DNA of 64,000 nucleotides, from the NCBI GenBank assembly GCA_900553065.1, contig USBZ01000004.1:762-64761 (forward strand), given 5' to 3'. The position numbers and the translations under genes were made by a program. Under the pieces are notes generated by a model that worked only from the letters and a program-made list of their open reading frames with translations, searched no databases and was not told the DNA's origin. Numbering within the stretch: the stretch's first letter is position 1; each line of letters starts with the position of its first letter. Shown piece after piece: positions 53,003-64,000 of the stretch. This DNA comes from an uncultured Desulfovibrio sp. (GTDB taxonomy: Bacteria; Desulfobacterota; Desulfovibrionia; Desulfovibrionales; Desulfovibrionaceae).

Positions 53003-53463
53003 TGGGCGTGAAAGAACCCTCTCGTCGTGCCCAGCGTCTGCTGGCCTTTCAGGCTCTGTACGGCCAGGAATTTCTGGAAAGCACTTCCGTGGAACAGCTC
53101 AAGGCCGCCTTTCTTGCCGTGCCCCGTCAGGACGAGGCCCTGGAACAGGACGGAGAGCCTGCCGGATTCGCCTGGGAACTCGTGTTCGGCGTATGGCAGC
53201 ATCGCGATGAGCTGGATGCGGTCATCGAACGTTTCGCCCGCAACTGGCGTCTTGACCGTGTGGGGCGTGTGGAACTGAATCTGCTGCGTCTCGGCGTGTA
53301 TGAAATGCTGTATCGCGCCGACGTCCCGGCCAGAGTCTCCATGAACGAGGCTCTGGAAATCGACAAGCAGTACGGCGATACCCGCTCGCATACGTTCGTC
53401 AACGGCATCCTCGACGCCGTCAGCAGGGCAGTGGACAAGGGCGAACTCCGGGCCCGCGGCTGA
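53002..53463 (+). CDS. nusB: Transcription antitermination factor NusB
   Basis: RR..R..AFQALY, NWRLDR, NEALEI.K.YG and FVNGILD, following ribH. Confidence 0.93.
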   Translation: MGVKEPSRRAQRLLAFQALYGQEFLESTSVEQLKAAFLAVPRQDEALEQDGEPAGFAWELVFGVWQHRDELDAVIERFARNWRLDRVGRVELNLLRLGVYEMLYRADVPARVSMNEALEIDKQYGDTRSHTFVNGILDAVSRAVDKGELRARG

Positions 53464-53529
53464 TCCGCAGATCCTGAACGCTCCGATACCAGTACAGCGG
53501 GCGCAAGCCCGAAGCTTCAAGGAACAGAA

Positions 53530-56034
<2,505 letters not shown>

Positions 56035-56205
56035 CCTTCCATTCAGAAATGACGTTCCCGGCCTGCCGCCGGGAAGATAGCCCGAAGGAGGGGATTTCTT
56101 CCCTCCTTCGGGAAATTGAGACGGCAGAAGGGCAGAGGCCTTGCGGAACGCGGTTCCGTAAAAAGGCCTCTGCCTGCCTATCGTGCCGTGATGAAGGAAT
56201 GCCCG

Positions 56206-56739
56206 ATGATAAAGAACTGGGGAACATGGAAAGGACTGGCTGCGGCGGCTGTCTGCTGTCTGGGCCTGTGCGTCGGCGGCTGCGGATATGAGCTGGACGG
56301 ATTCTCTTCCGGCAGTTCCAGAGCCGTCAGCGTGCTCGGCGACGGCAATCAGACGCTGAGAATAGACAAGGTGGAGCAGGTCACCATGTATCCTTGGGTG
56401 CAGTACTATATTCGCGGCATTACGCGCGACGAGGTCAATCTGCGCAGGCTTGCCCGCTGGGTGGACAGCGGCAATGCCGATTATCTGCTCACCATCAACA
56501 TGCCCGGCTTCCTTGTTCGATCCTCGGTTTCCAACCAGGTGGACAATACGCTGCTCAGTGATGCCACCGTTCAGCTTGAGCTTGTGGTCCGCAGCGGCAA
56601 GAACGGCACGGTGGTGTGGCGTTCCGGCGTGATTTCCTATACCGACACTTTTGAAACCGTGGATGAGGCCAGCGTTGTTCGCGACGGTCTGAAGGAAGCC
56701 CTTCGCCGGGCTCTGGATCGTATGCAGCAGAAGTTCTGA
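56206..56739 (+). CDS. lptE: LPS assembly lipoprotein LptE-like
   Basis: Lipobox VGGC followed by GYEL, in the conserved leuS-lptE-holA order. Confidence 0.75.
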   Translation: MIKNWGTWKGLAAAAVCCLGLCVGGCGYELDGFSSGSSRAVSVLGDGNQTLRIDKVEQVTMYPWVQYYIRGITRDEVNLRRLARWVDSGNADYLLTINMPGFLVRSSVSNQVDNTLLSDATVQLELVVRSGKNGTVVWRSGVISYTDTFETVDEASVVRDGLKEALRRALDRMQQKF

Positions 56740-56759
56740 GAATCCTTCCGGAGATTGGT

Positions 56760-57770
56760 ATGGACAGCCCCGGCTTCTTTTTCTGCATCTGCCCCGACGC
56801 CGCCTTTCTGCGCGATTACTTGGATCGGGAGCTGCTTGCGCCGCTCTTTTCGGCAGAAGGGAATGCCGCCCGGATTGATGTTCAGACGTTCTGGGCCGAC
56901 GAAGGGCTGGATCGCCGATTCTGGGATGCGCTGACTCTGCTTTCGATGGACGGACGCAGGAGGGTACTCATCGTGCGCGGCGCGCAGCAGCTTCCTGCGG
57001 ATGTCTGGAAAAAGCTGTCCGCTTCCCTCGGTACGCCCCGTCCCGGCGTTCTTCCGATATTTTGTCTTGAAAGCCCCTGGGAGAAGGGGCAGCCCAAGCT
57101 GCCGGCTCATGTGGCCAAGCTCAAGTGTCTTGCCTTTGCCGACAGCAGAAAGTGGGTGTGGCGTTCGGCCGGCATAGAGGCGCGTTCTCTCCGGCAGTAT
57201 ATTCAGAAGCAGGCTTCCTCCATGGGGCTGCGCATGACGCCCGATGCGCTCAACGTGCTTTCCGAAATGCTCATTCCCGACGCTTCGGCAGTGCGGGGCG
57301 TTCTTGAGCAGATGTATCTCGCCTCTGCCGACGGCTCCGTGGATGTTTCTCTCGTGCGTCAGATGACGGAGTTCACGCCGGAAGCCGTTATTTTTGATGT
57401 GATACGCCAGCTGGAAAACGGCAACGTCCGCGCGGTGTGGAAAACGCTTCTGCGCGAGGGCGACGGCGGCGAGTCTCTGCTTTTTCCTCTGCTTACCCTC
57501 ATGGCGCGCGAGGCCCGCGTGCTCTGGCAGATGCAGGCCGGCGACAAGGTGTTCGTTCCGCAGTTCGTGGAGAATGAAAAGCGGCGTCTGGCCGCACGCC
57601 TGGGCTTTGAAGGACTGTGCCGCGTGTTCGAGGCGTTGCAGAAAGCCGAGCTTTCCGTGAAAAGCGGGGCAAGACAGCCTCTTCAGGCTATGGAAGAGCT
57701 GGTGGCCACGCTTTCTCTTCTTTTCTCTCCGTCCGGCGGTGACGGCAGAAGGGAGCGGCAGAGCGCATGA
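56760..57770 (+). CDS. holA: DNA polymerase III delta subunit
   Basis: Position after lptE, ~336 aa, RRVLIVRGAQ and C-terminal AELSVKSG (delta-like). Confidence 0.78.
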   Translation: MDSPGFFFCICPDAAFLRDYLDRELLAPLFSAEGNAARIDVQTFWADEGLDRRFWDALTLLSMDGRRRVLIVRGAQQLPADVWKKLSASLGTPRPGVLPIFCLESPWEKGQPKLPAHVAKLKCLAFADSRKWVWRSAGIEARSLRQYIQKQASSMGLRMTPDALNVLSEMLIPDASAVRGVLEQMYLASADGSVDVSLVRQMTEFTPEAVIFDVIRQLENGNVRAVWKTLLREGDGGESLLFPLLTLMAREARVLWQMQAGDKVFVPQFVENEKRRLAARLGFEGLCRVFEALQKAELSVKSGARQPLQAMEELVATLSLLFSPSGGDGRRERQSA

Positions 57771-58459
57771 AAGATGCCGTGCCTGCTTCCGAAGCCGATC
57801 TTCGTGCCGGACACAGACAAAGGCTGAGAGAACGTTTTCTTGCCGATCCTCATGCCATGCCGGATTACGAGGTGCTGGAACTTGCCCTCGGCTGTGTGTA
57901 CATGCGCCGGGACAATAAGCTTCTTGCCAAGCGCCTGCTGACCACCTTCGGCGGATTCGACGCGCTTCTTGCCGCAGCTCCCGAAGAGCTGGCACGCGTG
58001 GAAGGCTGCGGTCCGGCCGTTGATAGTTTTCTTTCTCTTCTTCGGGAAATCATTGCCCGTGCCTCGGAAAGCAACGTACAAAGAAAACCGTCCGTCACCT
58101 TGTCCGACATTGTGGACATGGGGCGGCAGCGCCTGAAGCACTGCACGGATGAGGAAGTGTGGGCCGCACTTCTGGACAAACAGAACAGGCTGCTTATCTT
58201 TAAGAGGATTCGTCATGGATCTTCCGATCATGTTGCTCTCGAACCCCTTGAAATCGTGGAACTCATGGTCCGGAACCATGCAAGCAGTCTGGTCCTTATG
58301 CATAACCATCCCGGCGGAAATCATCTGCCGTCGCAGGAGGATAGAGCGCTGACGGGACGCATAGCCCTGGCGCTCCGGCATCTGGGGCTGTTTCTGCACG
58401 ATCATGTGATCATTACTTCCGATGCGGCGTTCAGCATGACGCAGGACCGCCGCTTGTGA
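57767..58459 (+). CDS. radC: RadC family JAB/MPN domain protein
   Basis: GHRQRLRERF, DYEVLEL and HNHPGG...PSQED...LHDHVII. Confidence 0.93.
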   Translation: MKDAVPASEADLRAGHRQRLRERFLADPHAMPDYEVLELALGCVYMRRDNKLLAKRLLTTFGGFDALLAAAPEELARVEGCGPAVDSFLSLLREIIARASESNVQRKPSVTLSDIVDMGRQRLKHCTDEEVWAALLDKQNRLLIFKRIRHGSSDHVALEPLEIVELMVRNHASSLVLMHNHPGGNHLPSQEDRALTGRIALALRHLGLFLHDHVIITSDAAFSMTQDRRL

Positions 58460-58503
58460 AGCGACGAAACGGAATGTACGGGTTCTGCCCGAATGAGGAT
58501 AGC

Positions 58504-61029
58504 ATGAGCGATACGCAAAAAACGCTTTCCGCACTGCCGGAAGAAGATAACAACGATCTCTTGGAACAGAAGGAGGAGTTTTCCTCGTCTGTGGAAGCTC
58601 GCGACGGCATGTCGAACGAGCCCGGAGAAGAGCGGCCTGGCGACGGAGACGGCTCCTCGGAAGACGATTCCTCCGGCGATGCCGAGGAACTCACGCCTGC
58701 CATTCCCTCCGTGCTGCCGGTGCTGCCCCTCAGGGACAGCGTGGTTTTCAACTCCATGATAGTGCCGCTGTTTGAAAACCGTGAAAAGGCCATGGAGACC
58801 GTGGAGTTTGCGCTGAACGGCAACAGATATCTGCTGCTCTGCGCCCAGCGCGACGATTCCGTGGAAAATCCTGCGCCCGAAGATATTCACGATGTCGGCT
58901 CCGTGGTCATGATACTGCGCATGATCAAGATGAACGACGGGCAGGTGAAGCTGCTCGTTCAGGGGCTGACGCGTGCGCATGTGGAGGAGTTCGACAACAA
59001 CGGGCCCATCATGCTGGCCCGCATCCGCGTGCTTGAGGAACAGCGCAGCGAAGTTTCCGATGTGGAACTTGAGGCCATGATGCGCGCCGCCCGTGAGCAG
59101 AGCGACAGGATTCTTCATCTGCGAGGCCTTCCTGCCGGAGAGATCATGGGAGTGCTGAACTCCGTGAACGATCCGGGAAGGCTTGCCGACATCATTGCCG
59201 CCAATATGCGTCTGCGCGTGGACGAGGCGCAGAGTCTTCTCGAATGCCTTGATCCTGTGGAGCGCCTGCGTCTTGTGAACCGGCACCTCATCCGTGAGGT
59301 GGAGGTCGCCACCATGCAGGCCCGCATTCAGAGCATGGCCCGCGAAGGCATGGACAAGGCGCAGAAGGATTATTTTCTTCGTGAACAACTCAAGGCCATT
59401 CACAAGGAACTCGGCGACGGTGACAGCGACGATGAAAACGAAAACATCAGAAAGGCCATTGAAAAGGCCTCGCTGCCCGCTGACGCCAGACGTGAGGCCG
59501 ACAAGCAGCTCCGTCGCCTTGCCTCGATGAACGGAGACTCCGCCGAGGCCACGGTTGTCCGTACCTATCTTGACCTTCTGGCCGAGCTGCCGTGGAAAAA
59601 GATGTCGCGCGATCGTCTTGACATCGTCAAGGCCGCGGAAATCCTGAATGAGGATCATTTCGGTCTGGACAAGATCAAGGATCGCATTCTCGAATTTCTG
59701 AGCGTACGCAAGCTGAATCCCGACTCCAAGGGGCCGGTGCTCTGCTTCGTGGGGCCTCCCGGCGTGGGCAAGACTTCTCTCGGTCGCTCCATTGCCAGAG
59801 CCCTCGGGCGCAAGTTCCAGAGGATTTCTCTCGGCGGCATGCGCGACGAGGCAGAAATCCGTGGGCATCGCCGTACCTACATCGGCGCCATGCCCGGCCG
59901 CATCATACAGGCCATACGTCAGGCCGGTACCCGCAATCCGGTCATCGTGCTGGATGAAATAGACAAGCTCGGCAACGATTTCCGCGGTGATCCCGCATCG
60001 GCGCTGCTGGAAGCACTGGATCCGGAACAGAATTCCCATTTCAGCGATCACTATCTGAATCTGGAGTTCGATCTTTCCAAGGTGCTGTTTCTGTGCACGG
60101 CCAATCAGCTCGACACGATTCCTGCCGCGCTTCTGGACCGCCTGGAGATCATCCATCTTTCCGGCTACACCGAGCAGGAAAAGCAGGCCATAGCGCGTAA
60201 GTACCTGCTCAGGAGGCAGATCGCCGAGAACGGACTCAAAGAGGACGACATCGTCTTCCGCGACAACGCCATAGCCAGGATCATCCGCGGCTATACCCGG
60301 GAAGCCGGACTGCGCGGACTGGAACGCGAGCTCGGCTCCGTCTGCCGCAAGCTGGCGCGACGCAAGGCGGAGGGGGAAAAGCCTCCCTTTGTTGTCACGC
60401 CTGCCATGGTGGGCAAGCTGCTCGGCGCTCCCCGTTTTCTGGATGAGGAAAAGGAATCCGAACTTCTGCCCGGCGTGGCGCTGGGGCTGGCATGGACGCA
60501 GGCCGGCGGCGAGGTGCTGCACATTGAGGTAAGCACCATGCAGGGCAAGGGCGGACTGCTTCTGACCGGTCAGCTCGGCGATGTCATGAAGGAAAGCGCT
60601 CAGGCGGCCGTGACCTATGCCCGTTCCCATGCCAGAGAACTGGGCATTGATCCAGAGTTCTCACAGAAGCTGGACATTCATATTCATGTGCCTGCCGGAG
60701 CTACCCCCAAGGACGGTCCTTCTGCCGGTGTGACGCTGGTATCCGCGCTCGTTTCCGCGCTTACCGGACGCTCCGTGCGCGGCGATACCTGCATGACCGG
60801 TGAAATCACCCTTCGTGGACGTGTGCTGCCTGTGGGCGGCATCAAGGAAAAGATTCTCGGAGCGGTGGCCCGCGGACTGAAGCGGGCCGTCATTCCGGCA
60901 CAGAACGCCAAGGATCTGGAAGATATTCCGGCGGATCTGAGAAAGCGCATCGAAATTCATACGGTGCATACCATAGATGAGCTGCTTGCGCTGGTCATGG
61001 AAGACAGGAAAAACAACGAAAAGGCATAA
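58504..61029 (+). CDS. lon: ATP-dependent Lon protease
   Basis: [39 protein letters not shown] and [15 protein letters not shown] before ATG 58504. Confidence 0.97.
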   Translation: MSDTQKTLSALPEEDNNDLLEQKEEFSSSVEARDGMSNEPGEERPGDGDGSSEDDSSGDAEELTPAIPSVLPVLPLRDSVVFNSMIVPLFENREKAMETVEFALNGNRYLLLCAQRDDSVENPAPEDIHDVGSVVMILRMIKMNDGQVKLLVQGLTRAHVEEFDNNGPIMLARIRVLEEQRSEVSDVELEAMMRAAREQSDRILHLRGLPAGEIMGVLNSVNDPGRLADIIAANMRLRVDEAQSLLECLDPVERLRLVNRHLIREVEVATMQARIQSMAREGMDKAQKDYFLREQLKAIHKELGDGDSDDENENIRKAIEKASLPADARREADKQLRRLASMNGDSAEATVVRTYLDLLAELPWKKMSRDRLDIVKAAEILNEDHFGLDKIKDRILEFLSVRKLNPDSKGPVLCFVGPPGVGKTSLGRSIARALGRKFQRISLGGMRDEAEIRGHRRTYIGAMPGRIIQAIRQAGTRNPVIVLDEIDKLGNDFRGDPASALLEALDPEQNSHFSDHYLNLEFDLSKVLFLCTANQLDTIPAALLDRLEIIHLSGYTEQEKQAIARKYLLRRQIAENGLKEDDIVFRDNAIARIIRGYTREAGLRGLERELGSVCRKLARRKAEGEKPPFVVTPAMVGKLLGAPRFLDEEKESELLPGVALGLAWTQAGGEVLHIEVSTMQGKGGLLLTGQLGDVMKESAQAAVTYARSHARELGIDPEFSQKLDIHIHVPAGATPKDGPSAGVTLVSALVSALTGRSVRGDTCMTGEITLRGRVLPVGGIKEKILGAVARGLKRAVIPAQNAKDLEDIPADLRKRIEIHTVHTIDELLALVMEDRKNNEKA

Positions 61030-61064
61030 AGTCGGACCTGTTCGGGAGTTATGTCTGTTGAAGA

Positions 61065-61100
61065 GAAAAGGCCGTTCCTTCGGGAGCGGCCTTTTCGTTT
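61065..61100 (+). terminator. Intrinsic terminator after lon
   Basis: GAAAAGGCCGTTCC-TTCG-GGAGCGGCCTTTTCGTTT. Confidence 0.88.
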
Positions 61101-61374
61101 GACCTATTGCATGGGGTAAAGGAACGCGTGAAATCGGCAGAAGAGCGGGAGGTAGACGGGACTCTCGTCTCGAATCATCTGATGCCGGGCTTTTCCGAGT
61201 TCGCCCGGGATAGAGGGGCTTCTGATGGGAAGCTGCCTGCTCCGATGGTACATGTCTTTAGCTTCAGAGGAAGGAAGTCGCGGAAAGTATATATTGGAAT
61301 AAAAATCACAAGGTGGGGCGGCAAACTTTCCACAGACTGACGTTTGACGTAGGGTGAAAGAGGAGGTATTTCCC

Positions 61375-62769
61375 ATGCCAGTCTCTGAAGATCAGTCGTT
61401 ATCTCTGCATTTGAAAGCTGTTATTGCCGCCTTGTGGACCGGCAATCTGTTTGCGCCCTTTCTTATGAGCGGCGTGGCCGCCATCCTTCCGGCCATCGGT
61501 GAATCGCTGGGGGCTCCGGCCGTCATGCTTTCCCTCGTGATGGTGTGCTATAACCTTGGTCAGTCCATTGCTCATATGCTGAGCGGAAGGATTGCCGACA
61601 TGTTCGGCGTCAAGCGCATCCTGCTCATCGGGGTGGGCTGCTTCTGTCTGTTCAGCGTTCTCATGGGCTTTGCTCCGGCCATGGAAGTGATCATTCCTCT
61701 GCGCTTTGCGCAGGGGCTTTCCGCCGCAGCCATATCCTGTGCCGTGACAACCCTGAGCATGACGCTGGCTCCGGCCAATATTCGCGGCCAGGTCATCAGT
61801 ATTGTCGTGTCGGCCGTATACCTGGGCCTTGCCGTAGGGCCGCTGGCCTGCGGCGGCATAACGGAGCTTCTGGGTTGGAGATCCGTCTTTTTCATGATCT
61901 CCGGTCTGAGTCTGGCGGAACTGGCGCTTCTTCACCATGTCATTCCCGAACAGCAGAGAGCGGGTGTCAGGCGCTCCTTTGACGGCATCAGCGCCTTTCT
62001 GGGCGCGGGCGGCCTTTTCTGTGTGACTGCAGGCGTGACCTGCACCTTTCTTCATCCTGCCGTCATCGGCCTTCTTCCGCTCGGCATAGTGCTGCTGATC
62101 GCCTTCGTGCGCAGAGAATGGACGTCTGCCGATCCCATGCTCGACCTCAAGATACTGGCCAAGGTGCCCGGTCTGCCCGACGGTATGGCGGCAACGTTCA
62201 TCAACTACGGATCCTTCATGGGACTTTCCCTGTTCTTTTCCATGTATCTGCAGCAGGTGCTCGGTCTGAACGCCTTTCATGCGGGCATGATTCTCATGAT
62301 GCAGAGCCTGTTTCAGACGGTGTTTTCTCCTCTGGCCGGAAGATTGGCGGACAGGTATCATCCGTGCATCATTTCCACGTCCGGCATGGCGGCCTGCGGG
62401 CTGAGCATTCTCAGCCTTCTTCTGCTCAACGAGCACAGCTCAGTCTGGCAGGTCGCCGTCAGTCAGGCGGCTCTGGGAACGGGCGCCGCATTCTTTGTAG
62501 CTCCCAATATGTCGGCCACGCTCGGAAACGTGCCCCGTGAACAGCTTTCCGTAGCTTCGGGGCTGCTCGGCTGCCTGCGTACCATGGGCGGACTGATGAG
62601 TCATATCGTCATGGCCTGCATGATAGGCCTTTTCATGGGAGATACCGTGGTCGGCCCGGAAAACTCCGGAACCTTCCTGCGGGCCATGCGCTATACGCTG
62701 CTTCTGTTCGGTATGTTCAATCTCATGGGTGTGGGACTCAGCCTGCGGGCGTTGCGGCATCACAGATAG
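61375..62769 (+). CDS. MFS drug-efflux-type transporter (DHA2 / EmrB-QacA-like)
   Basis: Many TM segments, motif A GRIADMFGVK, RFAQG, GLAVGPLACG...LGWR.VF and GRLADR. GAGGAGG RBS before ATG 61375. Confidence 0.9.
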   Translation: MPVSEDQSLSLHLKAVIAALWTGNLFAPFLMSGVAAILPAIGESLGAPAVMLSLVMVCYNLGQSIAHMLSGRIADMFGVKRILLIGVGCFCLFSVLMGFAPAMEVIIPLRFAQGLSAAAISCAVTTLSMTLAPANIRGQVISIVVSAVYLGLAVGPLACGGITELLGWRSVFFMISGLSLAELALLHHVIPEQQRAGVRRSFDGISAFLGAGGLFCVTAGVTCTFLHPAVIGLLPLGIVLLIAFVRREWTSADPMLDLKILAKVPGLPDGMAATFINYGSFMGLSLFFSMYLQQVLGLNAFHAGMILMMQSLFQTVFSPLAGRLADRYHPCIISTSGMAACGLSILSLLLLNEHSSVWQVAVSQAALGTGAAFFVAPNMSATLGNVPREQLSVASGLLGCLRTMGGLMSHIVMACMIGLFMGDTVVGPENSGTFLRAMRYTLLLFGMFNLMGVGLSLRALRHHR

Positions 62770-62794
62770 GTCGGGCTTGCCCGTACTCATCCGC

Positions 62795-62894
62795 CGGTGT
62801 AGCATGGCAGCATGGAAACGAACGCCTGCGTCTAAGGTGCTGTGGAATACCGGAAAACGGTGTAGCATGGCAGGTGATGAAGCGAACGGCCGCG
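62795..62894 (+). repeat. Imperfect ~37-bp direct repeat with an exact 16-bp core, 63-bp period
   Basis: CGGTGTAGCATGGCAG at 62795-62810 and 62858-62873. Each copy is followed by a similar ..GAA(A/G)CGAACG...GCGT. Confidence 0.8.
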
Positions 62895-62955
62895 TATGGG
62901 CGGGGCCGCAGAATCGTATAAGATCGGGACATGAAAGAGCGCAAAAGGAGATAGT

Positions 62956-63933
62956 ATGGGAGTTCTGGGTAAACTTTTCGGCGGCCGCGGAGCTCTCAGC
63001 AGCACGACGGGAAGACAGCCTCCGCTGAGAAACAATACCTCCAGTGATTCGGCTCCGGATAACGAAGGGCCTTCCTCCGCCTTCATGGGGCGGCATTTCG
63101 AGGGCCTCGGCGACGTGTGGTCGGCGTTCTTCCCGGGCGGCAGTCAGGAATATGTAGGGATGCTTCAGGATATTTTCCAGAAGAGCTCCGCCCAGGGGCC
63201 TGTGATGCACAGAAAGGACGGCAGCAGCGTCATTCTTCTTGCGTCGCCCTCCAGCGGAGGCATAGGCATTCACTCGCACATCGTCATGGTAAAGGGGAAG
63301 GGAAAGGCCGATTTCGTCGGAGGTTATCCTGCGCTTGAGGGCCTGCCGGTTCCTTCCGTCATCGAACAGGCCCATATCTGGACGAACGGCATTTCGGGGG
63401 TGGTCGCAGCACGAGCCAGAGCCACCGGAGCGCCTTTGGCCTTTTTCCTGGCCGGATTCTTTCAGCATGTGCCTCAGCTGCAGTTCGGCTCGGCACACAG
63501 TTTTTTCCTGGCTGGACTGGCGCTTGCCCTGAGCCGGGCGGAAGAAACGGAGTTTACGCCTGAACCGGGTTCGCCGGTCTATGATGCGTCTTTGAAGGAA
63601 TTTCTGCTGGCGCACCCGGACAAAAGCGCCGGGGATTTCCGTCCCGCAGTGATTTCCACGCACGGGCTCGGCATACTTCTGCCCACGGAAATCGTAGGCT
63701 TATGGAGATTTCAGGTGCCGGTACTTGGGGCAGAGCGCATTGTCTTCATGGGTCGTCCTTTCTGGCGCCTTCTTGTTTCGTTTTCCGGATCGGGAGAACA
63801 GGGCGTTCACGGAAATCTGTATGCGGCGGAACATGTGCTGAAGGGATATCAGCCTCAGGTCGGCGACGATGTCACAGGAACCGTGTGGCTGCAGGGAAGC
63901 ATGGATACGTATCCCGGAGAGGGGAGGCGCTAG
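62956..63933 (+). CDS. Hypothetical protein
   Basis: 325-aa ORF with an AAGGAG RBS. No family recognised with confidence. Confidence 0.8.
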   Translation: MGVLGKLFGGRGALSSTTGRQPPLRNNTSSDSAPDNEGPSSAFMGRHFEGLGDVWSAFFPGGSQEYVGMLQDIFQKSSAQGPVMHRKDGSSVILLASPSSGGIGIHSHIVMVKGKGKADFVGGYPALEGLPVPSVIEQAHIWTNGISGVVAARARATGAPLAFFLAGFFQHVPQLQFGSAHSFFLAGLALALSRAEETEFTPEPGSPVYDASLKEFLLAHPDKSAGDFRPAVISTHGLGILLPTEIVGLWRFQVPVLGAERIVFMGRPFWRLLVSFSGSGEQGVHGNLYAAEHVLKGYQPQVGDDVTGTVWLQGSMDTYPGEGRR

Positions 63934-64000
63934 CCTGTCCGGCAGTCGGTGATGCGGCCCTCTGCCGGGACGGAAAGGAAAGATTCGTCACGAGCCGCAG

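Noticed and set aside
57767..58459. radC as a marker of a mobile element
   Set aside because: It is the full-length chromosomal type embedded in the holA-radC-lon housekeeping order.
61290..61374. c-di-GMP-I riboswitch upstream of the MFS gene (GGCAAAC seen)
   Set aside because: The following GAAA tetraloop stem and GACGCAAAG element are absent.
62795..62894. Mini CRISPR array
   Set aside because: There are only two copies, the exact core is 16 bp, the similarity extends into the spacer, and no cas genes are present.

Overview
This 64 kb bacterial window has gene content and order typical of Desulfovibrionaceae (Mailhella/Bilophila/Desulfovibrio-like; taxonomy is inferred). The first ~8.9 kb looks accessory. 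It holds the 3' end of a sigma-54-type enhancer-binding regulator, a very AT-rich ~580 bp intergenic region, a ~1,909-aa type I-secreted RTX adhesin (retention-module N-terminus with a PAAG LapG-type site), a GT4 glycosyltransferase and a YdeI/OmdA-family gene, and it ends at the 3' end of tRNA-Arg(CCT). The rest is mostly housekeeping: hom, recD2, mtaB-yicC-remA-gmk, recJ, greA, ettA, tsaC, rlmH, recN, purM, glpX and the long fabD-argS-...-plsX-fabHG-acpP-fabF-glyA-rib-nusB-leuS-lptE-holA-radC-lon run. The most notable anomalies are a terminator/antiterminator-like structured leader between a clear sigma-70 promoter and greA, a chloramphenicol acetyltransferase-family gene broken by a 1-bp frameshift behind recN, an in-frame CbiK-aminotransferase fusion that keeps an internal RBS, and a RibBA whose DHBP-synthase domain has lost conserved active-site motifs. 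No CRISPR array, rRNA, transposase or integrase was seen.
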